Numbered from the stretch's first letter, positions 1-10,407 are shown. The stretch: 64,000 nt of DNA from Bacteroidota bacterium (GCA_003045995.1 PZPG01000008.1:3649-67648), one strand, 5' to 3'. Notes: generated by a model not told the origin, from the letters alone. Translations and numbers: made by a program.

Positions 1-1503
1 TCCAGCGACCATCTTTGGGCCCGAAAAGCAGCGGAAGGTGAATATCCCTTCACAGAGTTCTACTATCTTTTTGAAGATCAGGTATGGCCAGACCGGTTTG
101 GCAGAACCTTGCGAGAGATCTTTCCCGAAGTGCGAAGGGGCTGTTTTTCATTTCATGAGGAGATGCAAGGATGGGTTTGGACTACATTTCACAATTATCA
201 GTGGGATTTGAATTACCGGAATCCTCATCTTTTTGCAGCAATGACTGCGGAGATGTTGCACCTGGCCAACGCCGGAGCAGATATCCTGCGACTGGATGCC
301 GTGCCATTTGTGTGGAAGCAGGAGGGAACATCCTGTGAGAATCTGGATGAAGCGCATACATTAATCGAGGCCCTGAATTTGTGTGCCCGGATTGCGGCTC
401 CCGGTCTTCTTTTTAAATCTGAAGCCATTGTGCACCCCGATGATGTGATCCGGTATGTGACGCCGAAAAAGTGTCAGCTCTCGTACAATCCAACCGTGAT
501 GGCAACGATGTGGGAGGCATTGGCAACACGAAATACAGCCCTATTGCGCAAATCGATTCGGCATCGGTTCGGGCTCCCCGAAGGTACGTCGTGGGTGAAC
601 TATGTGCGAAGCCATGACGACATCGGATGGACGTTTTCCGATGAAGATGCGTATGCAGAGGGGATGGATCCAGTCGGCCATCGATCGTTTCTGAACCAGT
701 TTTATAGCGGTCAGTTTGAGGGCAGTTTTGCTAAAGGCGCGACATTTCAGTACAACCCGGAGAACGGAGATATGCGGATTTGTGGTACAGCAGCATCCCT
801 TTGCGGTATCGAAAAGGCGCTGGATCTGGAGGATGAGGCCTGGTTGCGGGACGGTGTGGCACGGTTACTTCTACTATACGGAATCGCGTTTTCGATTGGC
901 GGGATTCCTCTGCTCTATTTGGGGGATGAGTGGGCTTCACTGAATGATGATACTTACAAGCAGGATCCGGCAAAGCGACTGGATTCGCGATGGGTGCATC
1001 GCTCCCGAATGAACTGGGACCGGGCGGAGCGGTTGATGGGACTTCAGGATGGATTCGGGGATAGACTGGGGGAATTGGATGTCACTGACTCCCATTTGGC
1101 GAGTACACAGGATCACACCTCCTTGCAAGACGACACCTCCATGCAAGATCACACCTCCATGCAAGACCGTGCTTCCATGTCAGTTTTTCACCAACTTCAA
1201 CGAATGCTACGGATCCGCGCATCACAACCCGCATTTGCAGAAAATAAGATCGATCTCTCCGACCTCGAAGATCCTGCGCTGCTCCTATATCGAAAAGGGG
1301 AGGGCGAACAGGAAATTTGGGTTGCTGCAAATTTTTCTGAGCAGGTTCGCACCCTTCCCTCAGGCTCCCTCACAAGCACTAAAGATACGGTCGAACATCA
1401 CACATACACAGACTTGTTGAGCAACGAGCTTGTTTCACGGGGTGATGGGATACCTCTTGGGCCCTGTCAGATCCGATGGCTTGTAGCCAACCGACTGGGT
1501 TGA
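1..1503 (+). CDS. amylosucrase (GH13 sucrose glucosyltransferase), 5' end cut by the window edge
   Basis: Frame 1 is open from nt 1 (SSDHLWARKAAEGEYPF...), so the listed Met at 109 is internal. It matches Neisseria-type amylosucrase along its whole length: WVWTTFHNYQWDLNYRNP, DILRLDAVPFVWKQEGTSCENL, FKSEAIVHPDDV, VNYVRSHDDIGW, LYLGDE. It carries an in-frame repeat insertion at 1111-1182. Confidence 0.9.
   Translation, partial: SSDHLWARKAAEGEYPFTEFYYLFEDQVWPDRFGRTLREIFPEVRRGCFSFHEEMQGWVWTTFHNYQWDLNYRNPHLFAAMTAEMLHLANAGADILRLDAVPFVWKQEGTSCENLDEAHTLIEALNLCARIAAPGLLFKSEAIVHPDDVIRYVTPKKCQLSYNPTVMATMWEALATRNTALLRKSIRHRFGLPEGTSWVNYVRSHDDIGWTFSDEDAYAEGMDPVGHRSFLNQFYSGQFEGSFAKGATFQYNPENGDMRICGTAASLCGIEKALDLEDEAWLRDGVARLLLLYGIAFSIGGIPLLYLGDEWASLNDDTYKQDPAKRLDSRWVHRSRMNWDRAERLMGLQDGFGDRLGELDVTDSHLASTQDHTSLQDDTSMQDHTSMQDRASMSVFHQLQRMLRIRASQPAFAENKIDLSDLEDPALLLYRKGEGEQEIWVAANFSEQVRTLPSGSLTSTKDTVEHHTYTDLLSNELVSRGDGIPLGPCQIRWLVANRLG
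1111..1182. repeat. 4 x 18-nt tandem repeat, in frame inside the amylosucrase gene (DHTSLQ DDTSMQ DHTSMQ DRASMS)
   Basis: Units read directly: gatcacacctccttgcaa / gacgacacctccatgcaa / gatcacacctccatgcaa / gaccgtgcttccatgtca. Confidence 0.95.
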
Positions 1504-1536
1504 GCCGACTGGATTGAGCCGACTGGATCGAGCCGG
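1491..1536. repeat. 3.3 x 14-nt tandem repeat spanning the amylosucrase stop codon
   Basis: ccgactgggttgag / ccgactggattgag / ccgactggatcgag / ccgg. The tga stop (1501-1503) lies inside unit 1. Confidence 0.95.
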
Positions 1537-1554
1537 CACAGTTAAGCATACCCA

Positions 1555-2298
1555 TCAATCCTTAAACAATTTTGGATTCTTGATGGCAAAACGTCGGATC
1601 CAGCGTCGAACAAAAAAGCGCTCATCCCGTTTCATATAGAGGTAGCCCATCACCGAAATTGCCGTGGCTCCCATCATGTTCAGAATCACATCAAACATCG
1701 TATCGGTTAAACCGGAATCGTCGCCAAGCATCGGCTTCTGCATCCGCGTCTGCACTATTTCATCCATCCCGAATTCAAACATTTCCCAGATGGTACCGAT
1801 CGAAACGGCAAAGGTAAATGCAAAAAAGGCAATAAAACCCGAAGTGAGGCTCAACTCGATCCGGCGGCTTTCATTCAACAGATAGGCAAGCAAAAATCCA
1901 ACCACTCCCAGCAAAAACCCTGCCGAGGAGTGTAGTAACAAGTCCCACCACCAAAAACGGATATAGAACATTTGAACTTCACCCAGATAGAGCGATGCTA
2001 CCGCAAAGATCACAGAGATTAGATGAAATTCGGCGGGGATGTCGACCGCATGCTGTTTTCGAAACAGGATGGGCAACATCAAAATAATCATGATGAGTGT
2101 GATGAGAAACAGCGAAAACCAGTTCTGAAAGATGAGATTCAGAATCAAATTTACGCCCATAATCAGGAGCAAAATAGTGATCAGGCCAGAATGAAGACGA
2201 TCAACCCTTCGGTTCGCCTCTTGATCCAACAGATCTGTGATCGCTGACGGATGATCCTTGTTAGATGGAATCGTTCGTTTCATCGTTGAAATGTTCAC
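1555..2298 (-). CDS. polytopic inner-membrane protein, function unknown (possibly YjdF/DUF2238-like)
   Basis: 247-aa ORF with several hydrophobic helices (LITILLLIMGVNLILNLIF, LFLITLIMIILMLPILF, FWWWDLLLHSSAGFLLGVVGFLLAYLL, FIAFFAFTFAVSIGTIW). The family guess rests only on the WWD-LLH motif recalled from memory. Confidence 0.55.
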   Translation of the reverse strand: MNISTMKRTIPSNKDHPSAITDLLDQEANRRVDRLHSGLITILLLIMGVNLILNLIFQNWFSLFLITLIMIILMLPILFRKQHAVDIPAEFHLISVIFAVASLYLGEVQMFYIRFWWWDLLLHSSAGFLLGVVGFLLAYLLNESRRIELSLTSGFIAFFAFTFAVSIGTIWEMFEFGMDEIVQTRMQKPMLGDDSGLTDTMFDVILNMMGATAISVMGYLYMKRDERFFVRRWIRRFAIKNPKLFKD

Positions 2299-2310
2299 GT
2301 AGATTTGTTT

Positions 2311-2334
2311 CCCAGAATATATCCCGGAATATAT
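2311..2334. repeat. 2 x 12-nt tandem repeat upstream of leuS
   Basis: cccagaatatat / cccggaatatat, 71-94 nt upstream of the leuS ATG. Confidence 0.85.
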
Positions 2335-2404
2335 CCTTCCTTTCCAACATTTTCCGTACTTTCAATGCGTTCGTTTTTCAGTAAAATCAATAAGCAGGGC
2401 AACC

Positions 2405-5062
2405 ATGAGTGCGTATTATCCTCAGGACATCGAAAAGAAATGGCAGACCTACTGGCAAGAGCATCAGACCTTCCGGACACCGGATGATCAAAGCCTGCCC
2501 AAATACTACATCCTGGACATGTTTCCCTATCCAAGTGGCTCGGGGTTGCACGTAGGTCATCCGGAGGGGTATACAGCCACGGATATCCTTGCCCGCTACA
2601 AGCGCATGAATGGATTTGCGGTTCTCCATCCGATTGGCTGGGATGCTTTTGGATTGCCTGCAGAGCAGTATGCGGTAAAGACCGGCACCCATCCAAGAGA
2701 AACCACGCAAAAGAATATCAACCGGTTCCGGGAGCAGTTGCAGATGCTAGGGTTCTCTTACGATTGGAGCCGCGAAGTAAACACAACCGACCCGGATTAT
2801 TACAAATGGACCCAGTGGATTTTTCTTAAGCTGTATGAGAAGGGTCTTGCCTATGAGGCGGAAGCTCCTGTGAATTGGTGTCCTGAACTGGGCACGGTAC
2901 TGGCCAATGAGGAGGTTATCGACGGAAAAAGCGAGGTGGGAGGGTTTCCGGTGATTCGTAAGCCGATGCGTCAATGGATGCTTAGGATTACAGAGTATGC
3001 GGAAAAACTACTAGAAGGGTTGGACGATCTGGACTGGCCAGAATCCACCAAAGAGATGCAGCGCCACTGGATTGGAAAATCGATTGGTGCCGAAATCGAT
3101 TTTACCATTCGTGATCATGAACAGGGAGAGAAGATTCGTGTTTTTACTACACGTCCAGACACTTTATATGGCGCCACTTATATTGTCTTAGCACCTGAGC
3201 ACCATTTGGTTACCGTGATCACCAAGAATGATTATAAAGAAAGAGTCGAAAACTATATTGAACAAGCTTCCAAGCGCTCTGACCTCGAACGACAGGAACT
3301 ATCCAAAACCAAAACGGGGGAATTTACCGGTGCATATGCCGTTCATCCCATCACCGGCGAGCAGATTCCCATCTGGATTGCCGACTATGTGTTGGCACAC
3401 TATGGAACCGGTGCCATCATGGCCGTTCCCGGGCAGGACGAGCGGGACTGGGATTTTGCCCAAGCCTTTGATCTGCCCATTATACGCACCGTACAGCCTC
3501 CGGATGATTTCGAGGGAGGCGCCTACACTGGAGACGGACCGGCCATCAACAGCGGTTTTTTAAACGGGTTGATGATCGAGCAGTCCAAGTCAAAGATGAT
3601 TCAGCATTTGGAGAAAATCGGATCGGGCACAAAGAGCATCAACTACAAGTTGCGCGACTGGCTCTTCTCCCGTCAACGATACTGGGGCGAGCCGTTTCCC
3701 ATCATCCATGTAGACGGAAAACCACGACCATTGCCGGTAACCGAGCTTCCTGTCACACTTCCGGATGTTGAAAAATTTCAGCCAACCAAAACCGGTGAAC
3801 CCCCTCTGGCACAAGCCATGGAGTGGGTTCATACGACCGATCCGATAACAGGGGAGAAGGCCCTGCGAGAAACCAATACCATGCCACAATGGGCAGGTTC
3901 CTGCTGGTACTACCTGCGCTACATTAGTCCCGATTTTGACGGCGGGCCCGTGGATCCGGAAAAGGAATCCTACTGGATGCCCGTAGATCTGTATGTAGGC
4001 GGCTCGGAACACTCCGTACTCCATCTGCTCTACGCTCGTTTTTGGCATCGGGTGCTGTACGATTGCGGGATCGTCTCTACCAAGGAGCCTTTTCAGCGCC
4101 TCGTTCATCAGGGAATGATTTTGGGTGAGGTAGAGTATACCGGGTTTCGGCAGAATGGTGAGTGGATCTCTTCAGATCAGCTTGGAAAGAGTACCGAATC
4201 AGGGAATGAAGCCAGTCAGGAAGCAAGTCAAGGGACCGGGTCTAGCATAGAAAGAGTTCGTCTCGAGGAGTCGGAGATTGAAAAGAGGGGGGATGCTTTT
4301 GTTTTGAAAGGGACCGACATTCGCATCGAAGCCAAAGCCCACAAAATGTCGAAATCCCGAGGCAATGTGATTAATCCGGATGATGTGGTACACGAATTCG
4401 GAGCAGATTCCCTTCGTCTCTATGAAATGTTCATGGGACCCCTTGAACAGGTTAAGCCATGGAATACCAAAGGCGTGGAGGGCGTGTACCGGTTTCTAAA
4501 CCGTGTCTGGAGACGGTATTTGGGCGATGATCCAGATGGCAAAGATCAAATCCAGATCTCCAACCGGGAAGCCACGCGTGCAGAATTAAAGCATCTGCAT
4601 CAAACCGTGAAAAAAGTAAGTGATGATATCGAGGGCATGCGATTTAACACCGCCATATCCGCGCTGATGATCTTTTTGAACGAGGCAAATACCTGGAAAG
4701 ATCTTCCCTCATCCGTCGCCGAACCATTTCTAATTCTGCTTTCACCCTTTGCTCCTCACGTGGCTGAGGAGATCTGGGAACGACTTGGTCACACGGGATC
4801 TATCTCCCAGCAAGCCTGGCCGGTGGCCGACGAGTCCCTACTGAAAGAGGAAACCATCCTCTATCCCGTGCAAGTGAACGGCAAAGTACGAGATCAGCTT
4901 TCTGTAGACGCAGACAAAGCGTCAGAGAAAGTGTATGTGCTGGAGCAGGCCAAGCAACTACCCAATATTCAGAAGTATCTTGAGGGAGCGGAGCTGATCA
5001 AAGAGATCTTTGTACCTCGAAAAATTATCAACTTGGTGATAAAACCGGGGAAAGGATTATGA
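2405..5062 (+). CDS. leuS: leucine--tRNA ligase
   Basis: 885 aa. Class I HIGH motif (HVGHPEGY) and KMSKS motif (KMSKSRGN). Typical LeuRS N-terminus [14 protein letters not shown] and editing domain [12 protein letters not shown]. Small 2 x 12-nt in-frame repeat at 4208-4231 (EASQEASQ). Confidence 0.97.
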   Translation: MSAYYPQDIEKKWQTYWQEHQTFRTPDDQSLPKYYILDMFPYPSGSGLHVGHPEGYTATDILARYKRMNGFAVLHPIGWDAFGLPAEQYAVKTGTHPRETTQKNINRFREQLQMLGFSYDWSREVNTTDPDYYKWTQWIFLKLYEKGLAYEAEAPVNWCPELGTVLANEEVIDGKSEVGGFPVIRKPMRQWMLRITEYAEKLLEGLDDLDWPESTKEMQRHWIGKSIGAEIDFTIRDHEQGEKIRVFTTRPDTLYGATYIVLAPEHHLVTVITKNDYKERVENYIEQASKRSDLERQELSKTKTGEFTGAYAVHPITGEQIPIWIADYVLAHYGTGAIMAVPGQDERDWDFAQAFDLPIIRTVQPPDDFEGGAYTGDGPAINSGFLNGLMIEQSKSKMIQHLEKIGSGTKSINYKLRDWLFSRQRYWGEPFPIIHVDGKPRPLPVTELPVTLPDVEKFQPTKTGEPPLAQAMEWVHTTDPITGEKALRETNTMPQWAGSCWYYLRYISPDFDGGPVDPEKESYWMPVDLYVGGSEHSVLHLLYARFWHRVLYDCGIVSTKEPFQRLVHQGMILGEVEYTGFRQNGEWISSDQLGKSTESGNEASQEASQGTGSSIERVRLEESEIEKRGDAFVLKGTDIRIEAKAHKMSKSRGNVINPDDVVHEFGADSLRLYEMFMGPLEQVKPWNTKGVEGVYRFLNRVWRRYLGDDPDGKDQIQISNREATRAELKHLHQTVKKVSDDIEGMRFNTAISALMIFLNEANTWKDLPSSVAEPFLILLSPFAPHVAEEIWERLGHTGSISQQAWPVADESLLKEETILYPVQVNGKVRDQLSVDADKASEKVYVLEQAKQLPNIQKYLEGAELIKEIFVPRKIINLVIKPGKGL

Positions 5063-6369
5063 AACCAACCGTTTCGATTGTAGGCCGTCCTAATGTTGGG
5101 AAATCTACGCTTTTTAACCGGCTGATTGGCCGGCGGAAAGCCATTGTGCACGATGAGTACGGGGTGACCAGAGACCGCCACTACGGAGAGAGTTACTGGA
5201 ATGGTGTAGAATTTCAGGTGATCGACACAGGTGGCTATCTGCCGGATGAGGCGGATGTAATCAGTGCGGGAATCCGGGAACAAGTGCACTTGGCCATTCA
5301 TGAGTCGGATCTCATTCTGTTTGTGGTGGATGTAGAATCCGGTGTGAATACGCTTGACCGGCAGCTTGCTTCGATCTTGCGAAAGCAAGAGAAGCCGGTA
5401 CTTTTGGTAGTGAACAAAAGCGATGATGAGGACCGCCGGTTGAATGCTGTGGAGTTCTACGAACTGGGTCTGGATGAATTTTTTCCAGTTTCTGCGATGA
5501 GCGGATCAGGCACCGGTGAACTTCTGGACCGTGTGGTCGAACTTCTACCCGAAACAGAAGAGGAGGAGGTGGACGATGAAACCCCTAAAATTGCCTTTGT
5601 GGGACGTCCGAATGTCGGCAAAAGCTCTTTGATGAACGCACTGCTGAAAAATGACCGGTGCATCGTCACCGATATACCGGGAACTACGCGTGATTCCATC
5701 AATAGTTACCTGGTGTATAAGGAGAAGGAATATCTGCTAATCGACACGGCCGGACTTCGAAAGCGGGCGAAAGTGAAGGAAAATATCGAGTTTTACAGCA
5801 CGGTCCGGACAGACCGGGCGATCCGGGAAGCGGATGTCGTGGTGTTGCTACTGGATTCGATGCAAGGCTTTGATGAACAGGATAAGCGAATTCTACGAGA
5901 AGCGGAGACCTTTAACAAGGGCATTGTGATTGTGCTGAATAAATGGGACCTGGTTCCGGAAAAACATACACAACTGTTTAAAGAGTTCGAAGAGTATATC
6001 TACTCGAAAGTGCAGACGCTGAACTATGTTCCGGTACTGTCCATTTCGGCGTTGACAGGGCAACGGGTGGAACGGGTTCTGGATGTTGCTGAACGGGTGA
6101 TTCAGGAACGCAAAAAGAAAATTTCTACACCAGAGCTCAATGACTTTGTCGGGAAAATTCTGAAGGAGAGGGCACTGCCGATGAAACGGGGACGATCCCT
6201 GAAAATTCAGTATGCAGTTCAGGTGAAAAACAACCCGCCTGTCTTCAAATTTTTTATGAATAATCCGCAAGAGTTGCCTCCCAATTACCGAAAATTTATA
6301 GAAAATCGACTGCGGGACGAGTTCGGATTTGAAGGAGTCCCAATCACCCTAATTTTCCGGCAGAAGTAG
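5059..6369 (+). CDS. der: ribosome-associated GTPase Der/EngA
   Basis: Two tandem G domains ([14 protein letters not shown]...DTGG...NKSD and [14 protein letters not shown]...DTAG...NKWD) plus a KH-like C-terminus. The start overlaps the leuS stop (ATGA). Confidence 0.96.
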   Translation: MKPTVSIVGRPNVGKSTLFNRLIGRRKAIVHDEYGVTRDRHYGESYWNGVEFQVIDTGGYLPDEADVISAGIREQVHLAIHESDLILFVVDVESGVNTLDRQLASILRKQEKPVLLVVNKSDDEDRRLNAVEFYELGLDEFFPVSAMSGSGTGELLDRVVELLPETEEEEVDDETPKIAFVGRPNVGKSSLMNALLKNDRCIVTDIPGTTRDSINSYLVYKEKEYLLIDTAGLRKRAKVKENIEFYSTVRTDRAIREADVVVLLLDSMQGFDEQDKRILREAETFNKGIVIVLNKWDLVPEKHTQLFKEFEEYIYSKVQTLNYVPVLSISALTGQRVERVLDVAERVIQERKKKISTPELNDFVGKILKERALPMKRGRSLKIQYAVQVKNNPPVFKFFMNNPQELPPNYRKFIENRLRDEFGFEGVPITLIFRQK

Positions 6370-6479
6370 ACCGGAAAGTTGAAACGGTAATGCGAAAAGG
6401 TTATTTTTGCGACGTAACAACTAAATGGTTACAAAGAACTGAGTAAATATCAATCAAACCATCACAGGACAGAAACCGA

Positions 6480-7166
6480 ATGAGTTTTGATCAACCCTCT
6501 GTAAACGCCATTAATAAAGAGTACAAGAGAGAACGGAAACTCTCCCTTATGGAGCGAATCTATCTACCCGAAATCTTTAAGGGTCTGTGGTTTAGCTTTA
6601 AGCAGATGTTTGCTCCGGCAGTTACCATGAGTTATCCGGAAGAACGATGGGATCCACCGTCGATTTTCCGGGGTCGGCCGGTATTGGTCGAGGATAACGG
6701 ACAGGAGAGATGCGTGGCTTGCGGTCTTTGTGCCCGGGCTTGTCCGCCGCTGGCCATCAGCATGCAAGCCAATGAAAAAAGTGATGATCCAAAGGAGCGA
6801 TACCCCGATTTCTTCGAAATCAATATGTTGCGATGCATTTACTGCGGTTTTTGTGAAGAAGTATGTCCGGAAGAAGCCATTGTGATGAGCAAGGATTATG
6901 ATATTGTATTCGAGTCTCGGGAAGATGCGATCTATGATAAGGAGCGACTTCTGGTACCCAAAGAGGATTTGAAAGAGCGTCTGGATTATCTGAAAGAGTA
7001 CAGAAACGGACAATTTGGCTCATTTTGGGACTTTCAGGAGGAGAACAATATCCATTCTGTACGCGACCGAGACCGCGAATGGAATACTGGATTGTCGCTT
7101 GTTGACATGCTGGAGCAGCAAAAACGAAATGATCAAACCAAGGCATCCTCTCGTTGGTCTGCCTGA
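6480..7166 (+). CDS. nuoI: NADH-quinone oxidoreductase subunit I-like 2x[4Fe-4S] ferredoxin, stand-alone
   Basis: Two CxxCxxCxxxCP motifs ([24 protein letters not shown]). NuoI-type N-terminus ([20 protein letters not shown]...MSYPEE). About 70 aa of extra C-terminal tail. No other nuo genes in the window. Confidence 0.85.
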   Translation: MSFDQPSVNAINKEYKRERKLSLMERIYLPEIFKGLWFSFKQMFAPAVTMSYPEERWDPPSIFRGRPVLVEDNGQERCVACGLCARACPPLAISMQANEKSDDPKERYPDFFEINMLRCIYCGFCEEVCPEEAIVMSKDYDIVFESREDAIYDKERLLVPKEDLKERLDYLKEYRNGQFGSFWDFQEENNIHSVRDRDREWNTGLSLVDMLEQQKRNDQTKASSRWSA

Positions 7167-7209
7167 TTTCAGTGAATACTGCCTCTAAGGATCTGTAACG
7201 AAATACACT

Positions 7210-7785
7210 ATGACACTTTCGGATGAAAACCGACCGTCTGAAACCGAAATTCGTCATCTCGTCGAAGATATAGCCTATCTGAAAATCGAAGCGGAAGCTC
7301 TCGTACCCGTCATTGAATTTGTACCGTTTGATGAAGATCCGGGGGACGGTCACTCCATCCTACGCTGGTTACAGCAGATCGATTTTGCACAAACTCACTA
7401 TACGGAGCCTCTAATCCGGAGCCGTGGACAAGATGTAGGCGGTATTGCACATCCATCTTCCATTGAGGGTGAATTTTTGAAGGATGAAATGCTAATGAAA
7501 CTGGACCCCAAAACTCTTCTGGAACAGATACAGCGCAATCGTGAACGTTTACTCCATGAGTGTGAGATGCTCACGCCCGAAGAGTGGATGCTGCCGGTGG
7601 AAGTGCATGATCATCAAACCGAACGATTACTGGATGTGGTTAAAGAGATGGTTCGATGGGAGCGTCGCTGCCTCAAGCACATGGCTGACAGGGTGCTGGT
7701 ATACCAGAATGAGCAGCAAAGCAGGAGGGAGATCCGGCAGAAACGATCTGCTCGGCATCATGGAAATGGCTCTCAGCCAGAATAA
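7210..7785 (+). CDS. hypothetical protein
   Basis: 191-aa ORF filling the gap between nuoI and the next gene. No recognisable motif; acidic helical sequence with a basic tail. Confidence 0.5.
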   Translation: MTLSDENRPSETEIRHLVEDIAYLKIEAEALVPVIEFVPFDEDPGDGHSILRWLQQIDFAQTHYTEPLIRSRGQDVGGIAHPSSIEGEFLKDEMLMKLDPKTLLEQIQRNRERLLHECEMLTPEEWMLPVEVHDHQTERLLDVVKEMVRWERRCLKHMADRVLVYQNEQQSRREIRQKRSARHHGNGSQPE

Positions 7786-7797
7786 AGCAAACGTGGT

Positions 7798-8487
7798 ATG
7801 AACTGGACAAATGCTCTTCTGCTTTTTATCTGCTGCGGCTGTTTCCTCTCTATCCTCCGAAATCCTGTAAGAAAAAGTCCACTTGGCTTTCTAACTCTTC
7901 TTTTTCTGGGATCTCTGGTCCTGTACTTTGGGTTGCAATTCGTCTTGCCGGAAACCCCGCAACGGATCCATATCAACCTTATCGTCTTGTTAACGTTGAT
8001 TGCTGTGAGCATTCTACTCTTGATCAGCAGAAGTCTGAGGGCTCCCTATCTTCAGTATCCTGTGATACTTACGTTCATACCCCTTTTATGTACCCCTATT
8101 TTTGGGGAGATGCTGCGCCCTGTAACATTACTCTCGCTGATGATCATGGTACTGCAACTGCTTTCTGCCGGTCTTCTGGGTATTCTGATCCTTTCCTATT
8201 TCCGGCAAATTGAACAACCGATGCGGATACTGACAGGATATCTGTTTCTGGTTGGTTTTTTATTTTGGATGTGGTTTTACCACCCCGATAATGAAACCTC
8301 ACTGTTCACAATGATGACAGCGGGACAATATGTTTTCGAATCCGCTACAAATTCAGCAGATAACTCCGGTTCCAGGGAACTAAAATGGATTTTCATGCAT
8401 TTATTTGGTGGAATCAGTATCGGTTTTTTTACATCATCAATCCCCTCTTTACAGAATTTTCTTACTGCAAAGGAGAACGATCACTAG
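7798..8487 (+). CDS. hypothetical polytopic membrane protein
   Basis: 229-aa ORF with about 6 hydrophobic helices (LLLFICCGCFLSIL, FLTLLFLGSLVLYFGLQFVL, LIVLLTLIAVSILLLI, LLSLMIMVLQLLSAGLLGILIL, LTGYLFLVGFLFWMWF). No family recognised. Confidence 0.55.
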   Translation: MNWTNALLLFICCGCFLSILRNPVRKSPLGFLTLLFLGSLVLYFGLQFVLPETPQRIHINLIVLLTLIAVSILLLISRSLRAPYLQYPVILTFIPLLCTPIFGEMLRPVTLLSLMIMVLQLLSAGLLGILILSYFRQIEQPMRILTGYLFLVGFLFWMWFYHPDNETSLFTMMTAGQYVFESATNSADNSGSRELKWIFMHLFGGISIGFFTSSIPSLQNFLTAKENDH

Positions 8488-8516
8488 ACACAATAAATCT
8501 CAATAATATCTTTTTT

Positions 8517-8978
8517 ATGGCTCTAAACGTAGGACAATCTGCCCCTAATTTTACTCTTACAGATAGTAGCGGTGAGGGTCGAACACTTCAAGAATTGCGA
8601 GGGGAGGGGAAGCTACTTCTTCTGTTTTTTCCGCTGGCATTTAGCTCCGTTTGTACAGATGAGATGTGCAGTACCCGAGATAACATGAAGTTTTACGAAG
8701 AGCTTAATGTACGTGTTGCAGGGATTAGCGTAGATTCATTTTTTACACTCAAGGTATTTAAAGAGCAGAATAACATTAATTTTCCACTACTAAGTGATTT
8801 TAATAAAGAGGTTTCTGAAGCATATGGAGCCCTCTATGATACATTCTTCGGTATGAAAGGTGTTAGCAAACGTTCTGCATTTCTCATTGATGAGAATGGT
8901 ACAGTGGCGTATGCAGAGGTTCTTGAGAATGCGGGGGATTTGCCGGATTTCAAAGCGATCCAGGAGCTACTGGACTGA
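8517..8978 (+). CDS. peroxiredoxin (AhpC/TSA-redoxin family)
   Basis: Start moved to the internal ATG at 8517 (MALNVGQSAPNFTL...). The upstream part of ORF 8385 overlaps the preceding gene. Active-site region LLLFFPLAFSSVCTDEMC. Confidence 0.88.
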   Translation: MALNVGQSAPNFTLTDSSGEGRTLQELRGEGKLLLLFFPLAFSSVCTDEMCSTRDNMKFYEELNVRVAGISVDSFFTLKVFKEQNNINFPLLSDFNKEVSEAYGALYDTFFGMKGVSKRSAFLIDENGTVAYAEVLENAGDLPDFKAIQELLD

Positions 8979-9061
8979 GTAAAGTCGGTATTATCTTTTA
9001 GGGATGGTTTTGATGGGATCCTTGGGTGGGGAGTGGTAAGAGTAGGAAGAGGTTAGATTTA

Positions 9062-9089
9062 GAAGTTAGAAGAGTGAAGTTAGAAGTGT
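9062..9089. repeat. 2 x 14-nt tandem repeat, intergenic
   Basis: gaagttagaagagt / gaagttagaagtgt, preceded by a degenerate gttagattta. Confidence 0.8.
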
Positions 9090-9143
9090 CGTATTTATTG
9101 ACATCTGATTTACTTTACATAATATATATTATACGACATATGT

Positions 9144-9163
9144 GCAACTATGGATATAGTTGC
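9144..9163. terminator. perfect 8-bp hairpin between convergent genes (possible bidirectional terminator)
   Basis: gcaactat-ggat-atagttgc. It lies between the peroxiredoxin stop (8978, +) and the DUF952-like stop (9193, -). No clear U-tract on either strand. Confidence 0.3.
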
Positions 9164-9192
9164 CGCGATATATCGTGCTAATTTTCCTTTTA

Positions 9193-9591
9193 CTAATGTT
9201 CCCCATCTTGACGCAATTGGATATCAAACGTTCCACTCTCGTTGCAGTCGATTCGAATTTTATCCAACACAGCAAGTTTGTGAATCGGTTCGGGAATTCG
9301 ATAAATGGTTACCTTATCACTAGACTTATCTCTGGAAGTTTCGTCAGATTCTCTCTTGGACTGTTCTTCTTTAATTGCATTCCGTTTTTTTAATCTGGAC
9401 GTCTCGATCACCACAAGCAATAGATTTTTTCGGCCTGCAAATTCATGATTTAAATAGGTATTCAAATCTTCACCACAAACAGTTTCGACACCATTCTCCT
9501 CTCGAAAAAATTCTGGGCGGTAAACGCCGTCCCGAATCTGCATTTTCCACTTTCTGTTTGAAACAACGTGAAACAGTAAATCTGGCACCAT
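9193..9591 (-). CDS. DUF952-like protein
   Basis: 132 aa. The N-terminal LFHVVSNRKW...Y, central GVETVCGEDLNTYLNHEF and LLLVVIETSRL follow the DUF952 pattern (LYHI..W...Y, IHCS..Q, LLvID...L). A charged insertion KKRNAIKEEQSKRESDETSRDKSSDK is present. Assignment from memory. Confidence 0.55.
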   Translation of the reverse strand: MVPDLLFHVVSNRKWKMQIRDGVYRPEFFREENGVETVCGEDLNTYLNHEFAGRKNLLLVVIETSRLKKRNAIKEEQSKRESDETSRDKSSDKVTIYRIPEPIHKLAVLDKIRIDCNESGTFDIQLRQDGEH

Positions 9592-9609
9592 GGTGATTCC
9601 TTACTTCAT

Positions 9610-10407
9610 TTATGGTTGCTGCTGAAATCGGCCGGTTTGCCAAAATACACGAAGACCGAATACCAAACCCTTGGCGATGTAAAAAGTAAATACCAGTATC
9701 AAACCGATATCCTGAAATAATAAAATCACAACAAAGTAGATAAAAAACAGGATAAACCGACTTCGATTGGTCTGAAACGATTCTCTATCAAATTTGGGCA
9801 TTTTATCAAATGGGATTGTGCTTACCATCAAAAATGATAGAATCAACAGCGTCGGAATCAATACAGAGATGATTCCCTGATTCAGCGGTTCAAAGAACTC
9901 CAGTCGCTTGTGAAATGTGAGAAAGAACGCAGCCATCATCACCGCTTGTACCGGAATCGGCAAACCTTGGTAAATATCATATCGAATCTCTTTGGTTTGT
10001 ACATTAAACCGCGCCAATCGAATTGCACCACACACAGGAATCAGCGAAGTAAGAATGATCCCAATAATTGCCATTTCATGCATCACAAAGGTGTATAAAA
10101 GAAAAGCCGGAGCCACACCAAAGGAAACAACATCACTGATACTATCTAACTCGATTCCGAATTCGCTGGAAGAATTGGTAAGGCGTGCCATAAAACCGTC
10201 CATCCCGTCAAACATAGCTGCAAATACGATGAGCCATGCTCCAAAGATCAAGTTTCCTTCCGAAACGAGAATGATCGAAATAAACCCGCAAAACAGGTTC
10301 ATTAACGTAAAAAAGCTTGGGATGATGATCTTTGGAATTGGTTTGCGTTTGCGCTTTTCCGTGGCGGATCGTCTTCTGAGTCGAATATTCCGAATCGGAT
10401 AGTTCAT
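9610..10407 (-). CDS. pssA: CDP-diacylglycerol--serine O-phosphatidyltransferase
   Basis: CDP-alcohol phosphatidyltransferase motif DGMDGFMARLTNSSSEFGIELDSISD. Polytopic membrane protein, adjacent to psd. Confidence 0.88.
   Translation of the reverse strand: MNYPIRNIRLRRRSATEKRKRKPIPKIIIPSFFTLMNLFCGFISIILVSEGNLIFGAWLIVFAAMFDGMDGFMARLTNSSSEFGIELDSISDVVSFGVAPAFLLYTFVMHEMAIIGIILTSLIPVCGAIRLARFNVQTKEIRYDIYQGLPIPVQAVMMAAFFLTFHKRLEFFEPLNQGIISVLIPTLLILSFLMVSTIPFDKMPKFDRESFQTNRSRFILFFIYFVVILLFQDIGLILVFTFYIAKGLVFGLRVFWQTGRFQQQP

Noticed and set aside
3590-4108. Long antisense ORFs inside well-supported genes: 3590-4108(-), 6820-7353(-), 14699-15199(+), 14925-15419(+), 29583-30116(+), 30860-31447(+), 32549-33064(+), 36142-36663(+).
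   Set aside because: Each lies entirely opposite a gene with strong family motifs. Their translations are low-complexity or Pro/Ser/His-rich with no recognisable motifs. This is typical of shadow ORFs.
6340-6380. A hairpin around the der stop (ttccgg...ccggaa) as a terminator.
   Set aside because: The stem is only 6 bp, the loop contains the stop codon, and no U-tract follows.
8385-8516. The N-terminal 44 codons of ORF 8385-8978 as part of the peroxiredoxin.
   Set aside because: This part overlaps the 3' end of the preceding membrane-protein gene. The peroxiredoxin homology starts at the ATG at 8517 (MALNVGQSAPNF).
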